Positions 53,224 to 64,000 of a stretch of 64,000 bases of DNA are shown one piece after another (positions within the stretch are counted from its first letter, which is position 1; the number at the start of each line of letters is the position of its first letter). Below the pieces are notes generated by a model. That model worked only from the letters and a program-made list of their open reading frames with translations. It was not told the DNA's origin and did no database searches. The stretch spans positions 22,518,464 through 22,582,463 of the forward strand of contig NC_043011.1 of assembly GCF_006345805.1 (NCBI RefSeq). Reading direction: 5' to 3'. A program made the translations under genes and the position numbers. The stretch is from Octopus sinensis. Lineage: Eukaryota.

Positions 53224-53689
53224 CATTCACAGCGACTAGAAATTATCAAGAAAGTCAAGTTCGCCCAGCAGACCCAGGATATCATAGACGACAACCTCAG
53301 CGCAACAGGCCGATGAGGACCATCACCGAGAAGATTAAAGTGGTGGAGTCCACAAAGAGACGTACGATTCACGAGTACATCTGGTACAAGTAATACAGGA
53401 TGAAGAGAAAGCATTTCATGTCCGGCAAGATACGAAGGAACTCACGTACTCCTAAAATCCTGTCATCTGGATTTGAACACAATGGACAATGCACACACAT
53501 AAACCTCTCTCTCAGTGTGTGTGTATCTTAGAGTTCTCTCTTTCTGTCCTCGTCTTATGAGGTCAATGCGAGATAGTAAGAATTACGAATTCGCGTCGGG
53601 AGTAAAATATATGAATATATGCGTGTATACTTATCTTAATATATAAACCCAGCTTCAGTGTATTGTCTTTTCCTTTTTCATGATATATA

Positions 53690-54108
53690 TACTCTTTTAG
53701 TCTTTTACTCTTTTACTTGTTTCAGTCATTTGACTGCGGCCATGCTGGAGCACCGCCTTTGGTCGAGCAAATCGACCCCAGGACTTATTCTTTGTAAGCC
53801 CAGTACTTATTCTATCGGTCTCTTTTGCCGAACCGCTAAGTGACGGGGACATAAACACACCAGCATCGGTTGTCAAGCAATGCTAGAGGGACAAACACAG
53901 ACACACAAACATATACACACACATACATATATATATATACATATATACTACAGGCTTCTATCAGTTTCCATCTACCAAATCCACTCACAAGGCATTGGTC
54001 GGCCCGAGGCTATAGCAGAAGACAATTGCCCAAGATACCACGCAGTGGGACTGAACCCAGAACCATGTGGTTTGTAAGCAAGCTACTTACCACGCAGCCA
54101 CTCCTGCG
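53690..54108 (-). mobile_element. Full-length family B SINE
   Basis: Colinear with 5325-5724. Confidence 0.85.
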
Positions 54109-55413
54109 CACACACACACATGTATGTATATACACACATGTATGTATATTCACACACACATGTGCGCGCGCGCATGTGTATGTATAGAAACCATCTGAGT
54201 GAAAAGCCAAGAATATTGCGCATTACAAAGATACTAACGCTAACATAGCAACACTTAACCTATATAAGAAAACGTAATAAATTACTAAACTATCGTCTTT
54301 GCTTTGGTAAATATGCACCAAATTTGCCGCTGCGTAACATTTTTTTGTTATTTATAAGCAGTGAAGGATGCATTCTTCTTTTTATATTACTTCAAATTCT
54401 TACAAAATTCGGAGGATGTATTTTAGATGTATGTTAGAGAGAGAGAGAGACGTCGTGAAACATGTAAGCATCTTGTGATAAAAATCTGCAGCCAGAGTTC
54501 TATTCGTGATGGAACTAGCTTGAATTGCGCAGCTAATATTCTCGGTCAACTGCGATACAAATATCTCGTTAATTACATCTCAGATTTCATCACATTCCAT
54601 TCCTCTATTAAAAGACTCCAAAGGTGTACTCATTCCATAAGACCTAGGATACTATTGTAAGCAGCCATCATCAATCTTTCCGGCTGGATTCTCAAGAGTG
54701 GCCAACTGAAACTACGGATGTTATCCAATCATTTCGTTCCTGGTCCACCCCTAGGTCTCCTGCTGGTTGGCTCGGTTTCAAAAGTCAGCCTTGCGATTCT
54801 TTCCTGAAACATTCTAAGAGAGTAATTAGCCAAAACGCCAAACTCGCTATCTTCAATTCTGTTTACATGCTATCCTTACCCATAGTCATAAATATTAAGT
54901 AATGACTGAAAAAGAATGATCGCAAATACAAGTGACCGAAATGGGGTTCCTTTGAAGGGTCTCTAGAGTAACGTTATTCGACTGGGTGCGTAGCTTGGGG
55001 ATCAGAGAGTCTCCCCTGTTCGAGCCGTTATTCATCCGCATTGCGGGAGGCCACAGCTCCAGTGCTACGATTAGAATGTTACTGGAAAGGATCGCAAGAC
55101 GAATTCTTCGAACCGAACCAAAAAAACGAAAATTCCATGAATGTCCTCCGTCAATAAACTCTTGATTTCCGAACATCAGTGAAATGTTGGTTTGCAGACT
55201 TTACTGAATGTTAGAATTTAATAGACACCTTTTCGTATACTGCTGTTTTACATAAATCTAAATCCAATATACCACGTCTAAAGACTGAAACGACAACCTT
55301 TATTTTGATGCCCAGCCTCAGCCTAAAGCTTAACAAAGGATTAGACTGCCGCTTCATATGGAGACTTGAACAGCATGTGGTCGTCACATCAGGACCTAAA
55401 ATTTCCATCATAG

Positions 55414-55900
55414 TTGCTTAGGAGGATTTTAAACATCAAATGGCAGTCTCTAGCAACAGACACCGTTATTCTTCAGCGAGCCAACACATCCAGTATTGAG
55501 ATGTGCCGCATGCAGAGTCAAAAGCGTATGAGGAGCATACTAGAATCAGGGATCACAGGCTACATAAGCAGTTGTTTTACGGGGAGTTACAATGTGGTAA
55601 ATGTTTGCGACATATACATAAGGATTGTTTTAGGGCTGTCATCAAAAACCTAGTGTGGATGTTGAAAACTTGGAGCAAATGATAGAAAATCGATTGGTTT
55701 GAAAAGTGAACTGCGATGGTTGAAAAGCATTTGAAACGAGAAATTAAACATTCCATCTTAAAACGACCAATTCGTAAACAGGACTTGATTTTGATCCCAG
55801 ATACTATTCTATCTGAAAATGTTTGTAACGTTCGCAGTAGGGTCTGTTTGTCCAAAGTTGGTCTTGCAAGCCATATGAGATCTCATGACGACATTTACTA
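55414..55900 (+). pseudogene. RTE/BovB-like LINE 3' end
   Basis: LRRILNIKWQ...ILQRANTSSIE, KQLFYGEL and a terminal C..RVCLSKVGLASHMRSH zinc-finger-like motif. Confidence 0.75.
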
Positions 55901-56896
55901 ACTGAAGAAATGGCCTTCTTCTATAAAGAAATGGAAATCACGAATATGAGATTAATAAAGTATAAAATTACTTTGCTCTGTTCGTGACTTGATACCGACA
56001 GACAAATAAGTATTTCACTTCCAGTAATATTTAGAACTCTTGCTATTCATAAAATGTCTGACGCTACGGTAAAACAGACAATGTTCTGTCGAAACGCCAA
56101 AAAATTTTGACATATTCAGCGTCCTACATAATTTTTTAACTGATGCTTGCATGATGAAACAGACTTTTAGCAGTCAACTTCCTCTCACTGTTCTTATAAT
56201 CACCCATTTATCTACACTTACAGATAAACAAACAAACAAACAAATTCCTGACCTAAACAGCCATTCTAATTTTCTTTTTTGTAGAAGTATTTTTTCTAGA
56301 CATCATTATAACTATATGACAAAATACAATACCAGACTAAATAAAATTCAATCGATTATCTGAAAAATAGTCTATTTAGTTGTTCAACAAGATAGAGGGG
56401 AGACGTTCCGTCTTGTTGGTGCTTCCCAACTCCTACGTCGGCCTATATGTGTATGTCTCTCTGTGTGTGTTTTTGTGTCTGTGTTTGTCTCACGGTGTTT
56501 AACAACCGCTGTTGGTGTGTTTACATCTGCATAACTTAACGATTCGACCAAAAAATATAAAATGACGTCCAAAATGTTTCGGTCCAAAATTTTAGAATAG
56601 AATGTTTTTAATAATGATTTGACAACCTCGGATTATTGGTTGATTGATCTTTTAACGTTGAACTACCCAGTGGGTTTATCCAGCGACAATAACAAAAAAA
56701 TACAAGTATTTCTTTTCTTTCCTATTTTTTTTTGTTTTTCTTTGCTAAAATAAATTAACTAAAAACCGTTGATATTCTAATGTGGCAACGATGAGGGGGC
56801 GGGGAACGAATGTTTCAATTGCCTGCGGTAGTTGTGGTTGATTACTTATTAAAATTTTGAAAGCTGAGGTGTAATATGTAATTAATTATATCTGAC

Positions 56897-56970
56897 CTTC
56901 CAAGCTGTGTCTCTGATATGAACCAAAACAGTTTTGTCGTCCACAACTGTGCTGTGACTGGAAACGGTCT
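56897..56970 (-). CDS. RERG: RERG-like GTPase, penultimate 74-nt exon (G3 region)
   Basis: Acceptor atattttcag, donor AAG/gtcaga, phase 1 to 0, joining the terminal exon in frame. Encodes (E)TVSSHSTVVDDKTVLVHIRDTAWK. The G1/G2 exons were not found in the window. Confidence 0.78.
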
Positions 56971-57687
56971 CTGAAAATATGAAGTACAGGATTTCTTTCA
57001 GAAAATTGAAAACAAAGACAGACTTTGTGAAGACTAGACAAAAATGTTTCATTGCTTCCTGTTAGTTTGCGCCTGTTTATGTGGGAGTGATACATAAGGT
57101 AGGAGCTAGTTGGCCTGTTGGATAATACTGTAATACGAATAAAGATGGTTTGTTGTAAGTAAGTCATGGTTGTGTGGTCATGAAGTTCGCTTCATTTCCA
57201 CGTGATTCTGGGTTCGATCTCAATGCGAGGCAGCTTGGGTAAGTGTCTTTTACTATAGCTCGTCACTATACCTTGTGAGTGAAACTTAATAGAGGAAACC
57301 TACACAGAAACCCGTTCGTGTATGTGTGTGAGTGCATGTATATGAATGGAAATATATATGTGTGTGTGTGTGATGTATATGTTCCCGTGTTTACTTTTAA
57401 ATTTTTGCTGGACTTATATTTATGCCCCGTAACTTAGCGATTGGTACAATAAGTACCAGACTGAAATGTGGTTGATGTGATCACCTAAACTCGTGACCGA
57501 AATCATGAAGAATAAAATTTTAAAAAATTAGTAAAGTAACATGACAAGTGCTACTCATAAAACTGATTGGCAATGGCTTGGTTGTACGGTTAACGGTGAA
57601 TAAAATAAGAAATGATTTTGTCATGTTTATTTATAGAAAACGATACTCATACACAGAACCATTGGTTATCATACCACTTTAGACCCT

Positions 57688-57890
57688 TTTATTTCTTTAC
57701 TGCCCACAAGGGGCTACACACAAGACGATTATATCGACCCCAGTGCGTAACAGGTACTTATTTAATCGACCCCGAAAGGATGAAAGGCAAAGTCGACCTC
57801 GGCGGAATCTGAACTCAGAACGTAGCGGCAGACGAAATACTACTGAGCATTTCGCCCGGCGTGCTAACGTTTCTGCCAGCTCGTCGCCTT
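57688..57890 (-). mobile_element. Family A SINE with TSD ACCACTTTAGACCCT
   Basis: Duplication at about 57673-57687 and 57904-57918. Confidence 0.8.
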
Positions 57891-57915
57891 TTAGAGCTTT
57901 TAGACCACTTTAGAC

Positions 57916-58235
57916 CCTCTTCAGTCATGAAGACCATGGGATTGCACCTAAAAAGTTACCCTCCGAGACACAAGATCAAACAAGGTTGTTTATAGAAGAC
58001 CAGCAATCACCCATGTATACCAGCCTCCTCTCTCCACGCCACCGATGTTATCCAAGGGAAAGGTCGATACAGCTTGGCACCATTGACGCCACAACTTATT
58101 TCTACAGCTGAGTGAACTGGAGTAACGTGAAATAAAGTGTCTCGCTCAAAAACACAACACAGCCCGGTCCGGGAATCGAACTCACTACCTCATAATTGTG
58201 AGCCCGACGCTCTAAGCACTGAGCCATGCGCATTC
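57916..58235 (-). mobile_element. Family D SINE
   Basis: Homologous to 21848-22125. Confidence 0.75.
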
Positions 58236-58886
58236 ATTGCCATACCACTAAAACCTATGAAAACATTATTTAAATACTCCCAGCAGAGAGCTCCCTCTCT
58301 GGGTGGTATGCTACGATGTTCAGTCTCATAGCAAGACCGCTTCAAGCTTCGGTTGTCTTTGATTTTAGATCCAGGTTGCGTGTAATAGCAGGCCAGACGT
58401 ACAATAGACAATACCATATGAATTCCATCCATCGGAGTACTTCAATGTGTATACAAGAGTTTCCTACTAAAGATGATATACATGCCCATTATACTAAGCG
58501 AGACGTACATTTGTTGCTCATTGGATATATGTCCTCGAAATCGCAATTTGTAAGGGATCAAATAACGAGTAAACTTCGGGGAATTGAGTCTGTTACACTC
58601 ATTTTATTTATGTTTTATTGGCTTGGTCTAAGAGAAGCTGTTGTGATTATGATCTACGTAGGCCTTCAAAGACTGATAACCTTTGTACTTCACTTACATT
58701 ATTAATTGACCTAGGAAAGATTTGAAGGTATGTCATCATACGTATTTCACCCATCCCGTTTATATTTCTAGTTTTATGTTCAAACAGCAAGTAAAAATAT
58801 ATATTAAAAAACATACTATTACTTAGAAGCACCGTTTCTAAGTAAAACTGAGAAACTGTTTCCAATATTTATATCAATTATTGTTA

Positions 58887-59092
58887 GGCGGCGAGCAGGT
58901 AGAATCGTTAGCATACCAGGCACAATGCTTAGCGGTATTTCTTCCATCTTTACATTCTGAGTTTAAATTTCGTCGGGGTCTATTTTGCCTTTCATGCTTT
59001 CTGGGTCGGTAAAATAAGTAGCAGTTGAGTACTGGGGTCGATCTAATCGACTTAGCCCCTCACCTGGAATTGCTTGTCTTGTGCCAAAATCA
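58887..59092 (+). mobile_element. Family A SINE
   Basis: Family A head and core. Confidence 0.75.
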
Positions 59093-59557
59093 AGGTGTAT
59101 TATGTACACATTTGAGTTGCTGAGTAACTTCCTCAACACCCAGTCATAATATTGTAAGAGCTAGGCCAGGCAACTCCTACCTGGTCGAAAGCCATGCTGG
59201 GTATCACTCAGTTATTTTCTTCAAGGAATGCGATTAGTTTCCCTCTGACTATCCGTTCCATGACTTTGCTGATGTCTGAAGTCAGAGAGATAGGCCTATA
59301 GCTTTTGGCATCTGCTCTGCTTCCCCCTTTATGGATTGGGCATATTATTCCCTCCTTCAGCTTGCTTGGCAGTCTGCCATTTGCAAGAAAGCTCTGGAAT
59401 AGAATCTGGAGGGGTTGTGCCAGGACGTGCTTACACGATTTGAGGAAGATTGCTGGGAAACCATCAGGACCAGCAGTTGAGTTTGCGGCCACCTTATCTA
59501 TGGCTAGTAGTATATCTTCTTCGCTAATGTCGATGTATTCCATCGTAACTGCCTCGC
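59093..59557 (-). pseudogene. CR1/Jockey-like LINE RT N-terminal fragment
   Basis: TAGPDGFPAIFLK...ICPIHKGGSRADAKSYRPISLTSDISKVMERIV...QHGFRPGRSCL. Confidence 0.88.
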
Positions 59558-60779
59558 TGGAATTGCTTGTTTTGTGCCAAGATTTGAAACCAATATTTCC
59601 ACGATCATATTTTCTAATCTATCTTTCTTCTGTTTAACCTTTAGCATTCAGATTATTCTGTCAAATGTAATGCTTATTTACCTAGATTGTTTTGAATTAA
59701 CCATGCATTAAATCGAAGTTTCAAGAGTTCAATGGTGTTATTGTTTATTTTTAGAAATACATTGTAGGGCAGGCGTGAAACTGATATTTATATCAATTTT
59801 TATTATGTTTCTGTGCTCGGAGAGAAAATAAAATAGATAATATCTTTACAGTTACGGGAAAGAGAAAACACTCGGCGGTGAACTAACTTTTGAAACCGTA
59901 GATAAATAAACTGGTACGAAAATATAAGGAAAAGAGGATTGAAAGAACTACAAGTGAAGTCAATTAGCTTCTTTTTTTATTTTCTTGCAGTTAACTTAAG
60001 AAATTGATAAATACTGGGTATTTCCTTTCCGTTATTAATCATACTTTACTCATACAAATCCATCATCTTTTAATTTTAGTTGATTGATGTTCGTTAGCTG
60101 AGTATTAGATTATCTGTTTTTCAATTTCTTTATAATTCTTTCGCATACGGAATGCAGATCTTTTCATCTAACATCACAAGATTTGAAAACCTTTTGAAGA
60201 CTAGAAAAAATATATATTTCAGGCGTTCCTGGCATCTGTATAATTGTGATGATTATCTAAAATTAATATTACTGAATAAAAATAGTAAACATAACTGGAG
60301 ATCTGTAGAGTAGTCAGCTGATTACAAATATGAAAATCAGTGGAGAGACCAGAACAGAAGACTTCCATAATAATTGAATTATATTTAGGTTTGTCTTCAT
60401 AACTGAAGGAACCTAATTAATTGGTGAAGGTTTGCAAGATCGTGATTTCGGTTCTCAGACCGGGTGGTGTCTTGTGTTCCTGCGCAAAACAGTTCATTTC
60501 ACGTTGCTAAAGGCCATTGAGTGGGAAATAAGTAACCCTGTGATAAACTGGCATCCCATTCAGAAGGACAGTGGTGATCTCAGTCATTTATACACTACGA
60601 GGACCGGGTAATCCACCCTATGGGTGCTAGGACTCCAGACAGTAATGACCATTGGTTAACTTTATCCGTTATTTTCTTTTTTAACATCCTAAGTTCTAAT
60701 CTGAAACCTGAGATGGGTACAATAAGCACCAGGCATATATGCAAATCAATTCTGTCGGCTATGTCCCTTCCATTATAAA

Positions 60780-61120
60780 ATGAAGGCCTTGAAGTAATGT
60801 AGGGTCGGGTACACAATCATGATCTAGTGAGTTCGATTCTCGGACCGGGCTCTGTATTGTGTTCTTGAGCAAGACACTTTATTTCACGTTGCTCAAGTTC
60901 ACTCAGCTGTAGAAAAGAGTTGTGACGTCACTGGTGCCAAGCTGTATCGGCCTTTGCATTTCCTTTGGATAAAATCGGTGGCGTGGAGTGGGGAGGCTGG
61001 TATACGCGGGCGACCGCTAGTCTTCCACACACAAACTTTCCAAGAGCTGTGCCTCGGAGGGGTACTTTCTAGGAGCACCGTATGGTCATTCATGACCGAA
61101 GAGGGTCTTTACCTTTACCC
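60780..61120 (+). mobile_element. Family D SINE
   Basis: GAGTTCGATTCTCGGACCGGG...GTGTTCTTGAGCAAGACACTTTATTTCACG, tail CTTTACC repeats. Confidence 0.75.
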
Positions 61121-61299
61121 GTTACATTTGAATTTAAAAGCAAGCGCCATATAACACAGGCTCACTACTGAATAGTTAATGCACTTGTTTCTTTTAATTT
61201 CTGCCTAAATCAGCTTCCTTTTCCTTTTGCTCTTTCTTCTACAAGTTTCAGTCATTGGATTGCAGCCATGCAGAGGGTTTAGTGGAACAAATCGACCTC

Positions 61300-61340
<41 letters not shown>

Positions 61341-62119
61341 ATATTAGGGAGTATATCCAAACTTACAGGGAAAATTATATTTAGGATTAAATCAAATTTC
61401 ACAGTATAAATATAAATTAAATTAGAGATAAAACCACTATTAGGCAACTCAAACAGTGATAGACATAAACCAAAACATAAAAAACAAAAAATAAATATAA
61501 TTAATATAATATTTAATATATATATAATATAATATAAAATTTAAAATTTAAATTATTAAAATTTTAAATTTATATTTAAAATTTTTTATATATTTAAATT
61601 TTTAAAATTTCTTAATTTTTTAATTTTTAAACTTGAAATTTTTTTTTAATATAACTAACCAAAAAACATAAAAAGTTAATATAATATAATAAGTAAAAAC
61701 ACTACGTACATTTCATGGCTATAATTCAATTCGAATTACAATTAAGTTTAAATTCAATTAAAAATTCGAATTAAAATTATAGTCAATTTTAAGGTTAATG
61801 ATAATAGTTAAATAAATAAGCAAATAGAGTTAAACAATATTTTAAAAAATAAATAAAATAATAATTTTTCTTATAAAAAAAACTCTATTTTCTAAATTAG
61901 AAACTTAAAACATTAGGATTATGTCATACAACCCATATATTATGTTAAATATTAATTTTTAAGGTAAAAAAATAGATAGAAAAATGTATTTATCTATTAA
62001 GATATAATACGGCTTTAAAAAACATAAATTCACGAATATCCTTAACTCAGTTATAGTCCAATATCTAATTACCAAATTATTTAACAAAATAATCACTATT
62101 CATATTTTTAAATTTAAAT

Positions 62120-62700
62120 TTAAGTCCAAAACTGAATATGAAACTTACAGGGTACACTGGTCCACAAGGAATTACAATCCCAGAGCCTAAATCAGTGAGG
62201 GACCTGGGTATCGGCATGAGTGATGATAACTCTTTCCAAATGAACATCAGGACGGCGACAAAGTGCAGGCGACTGGCTGGCTGGCTGGATCCTGAGAACA
62301 CTCAGAACCAGAGATAAGGAAATCATGACGGTCCTTTGGAGGACATTCGTCCTCAGCCGCCTAGATTACTGCTCCCAGCTATGGTCACCCAACAGTGTAA
62401 AATTAACAGCGGACCTTGAAGCAATCCAGCGAAGCTTCACAAAAAAGATCGTCTCTTTGCAACAGCTCAGCTACTGGAAAAGGCTGAAACAGCTAAGACT
62501 CTACTCCCTGGAGCGAAGGTATGCAGTAATATACATCTGGAAGATCCTGGAAGGAATTGTGCCAAATTTTAGCATTGAAAGCTACACCAATGCCAGAACG
62601 GGTTGTCACTGCACAGTGCCAAAGATCCCAGCAATGCCATCGAGCTTCAGGAAGGTTACTGCAACAGCCTGGGTTTCAGGTGCCCACAGTTTTTTAATAT
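62120..62700 (+). pseudogene. CR1/L2-like LINE RT 3' fragment
   Basis: VRDLGI, LWRTFVLSRLDYCSQLWSP...LEAIQRSFTKKI...LYSLERR. Confidence 0.85.
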
Positions 62701-62976
62701 ACTCATTTTAATATACTCTTAAATCTAATTGTAACAGCTAGATTTAAGAGTATGACATATTTCTAGCTATTATATCCAATTAAATCCAACCTCCCTAATA
62801 TTATTAGTCTTAGAGAATTTTTCAGAGTATTTTATTTATGTTATTCCCATAATACTTCGCGCATGACAGAGGGAGCAGCCATTTACACAGGAATGAGAAG
62901 GAGTAAACATTATATCGATAAGTATACTTCCTTTGTTAATTTTTTTTACTAGAGTTTTGTACTAGTTTTATTCAAT

Positions 62977-63047
62977 ACTAGCAGTATCGTCCGGCGTTGC
63001 TCGGGTTTGTAAGGGAAATAACTATATAAGCATTTTTAGAGAGTTAT
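62977..63047 (-). mobile_element. Helitron-like 3' terminal fragment
   Basis: Nearly identical to 7116-7186 (ACTAGCAGTATCG...GGCGTTGCTCGGG). Confidence 0.75.
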
Positions 63048-63573
63048 AGACACCGCTAGAATAAGTACTAGGCTTACAAAGAATAAGTCTTGGGGTCGAT
63101 TTGCTGGACTAAATGCGGTGCTCCAGATTGGCCGCAGTCAAATGACTGAAACAACTAAAAGAAAAAATATATATATCTATATGTTATATATATATGTGTG
63201 TGTGTGTGTGTGTGGTGTGTGTATGATAATAATATAAATATATGCATATATACATACATATATGTACATACCTACATATATATATATATATGTAGGTATG
63301 TACAATATGTATGTATATATGCATATATTTATATTATGTAGGTATGTACATATATGTATGTATATATGCATATATTTATATTATTATCATATATATATAT
63401 ATATATACACACACACATATATATATATATATATAACATATAGATATATATATATTTTTTCTTTTAGTTGTTTCAGTCATTTGACTGCGGCCATCTGGAG
63501 CACCGCATTTAGTCCAGCAAATCGACCCCAAGACTTATTCTTCGTAAGCCTAGTACTTATTCTAGCGGTGTCT
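63048..63573. repeat. Fold-back inverted duplication of a family B SINE tail
   Basis: 63048-63210 is the reverse complement of about 63405-63573, including private substitutions and the flanking microsatellite. Confidence 0.8.
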
Positions 63574-63742
63574 TTTGCCGAACTGCTAAGTTACGGGGAC
63601 GTAAATACACCACCATCGGTTGTCAAGCGATGTTAGGGGGACAAACACAGATACACAAATATATACGCACACACATACACATACACATATATATATATTT
63701 AGATATATACGACGGGCTTCTATCAGTTTCCGTCTATCAAAA

Positions 63743-63788
<46 letters not shown>

Positions 63789-63962
63789 GCATATATGGGT
63801 ACAGGATATTAAAAAACGTACACAGAATGAGAAACGAGAACATAAAAAACAAAAACATAGACAAACGAACTTTTTTCCGAACAACTCACGGAGCCGCGCA
63901 GCAGGATTGAACCCGAAATCACATAGTTGCAAAGCGAGCCTTCTTAACCACATTGCCATGCC
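63455..63962 (-). mobile_element. Family B SINE
   Basis: Tail and body at 63455-63740 and a degenerate tRNA-like head at about 63895-63962. Confidence 0.7.
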
Positions 63963-64000
63963 TAGCATTTTCAATGTTTCTTGGGAAATATTTTGAAGTA

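Noticed and set aside
57000-64000. G1/G2 exons of the RERG-like gene
   Set aside because: No GxxxxGKS or VRFLT-like exon was found by eye. They probably lie beyond the window.

Overview
AT-rich, microsatellite-laden eukaryotic DNA. The SINE families look like those of octopus genomes; this is inferred from recognition, not verified. Two spliced minus-strand host genes can be built by eye. The first is a 7-coding-exon type I membrane protein of about 668 aa (28799 to 13233) with a signal peptide, a 33-nt microexon, two Cys-rich exons, a basic furin-type site, a 437-aa Ser/Thr mucin-like stalk, a TM helix and a tail with FINEAF. The second is the last two coding exons of a RERG/RASL-family small GTPase (56970-56897 and 51234-50797) whose G3 box reads DTAWK instead of DTAGQ. 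The rest is transposon debris: four tRNA-derived SINE families, Penelope-like, R4/Dong-like, CR1-like and RTE-like retroelement remnants, Tc1/mariner relics, MITEs with 8-9 bp TSDs, and Helitron-like elements. There is also a 2.2-kb 26-bp satellite with higher-order structure and a 100-N gap. The most striking unannotated signal is a set of at least 7 type I hammerhead-ribozyme motifs in short non-coding elements lodged in microsatellites. They include an inverted pair with compensatory stem changes next to a Pol III tRNA-like head, and one hammerhead element nested in the loop of another. Most ORF-track entries are microsatellite noise. Repeat boundaries without TSDs are approximate.
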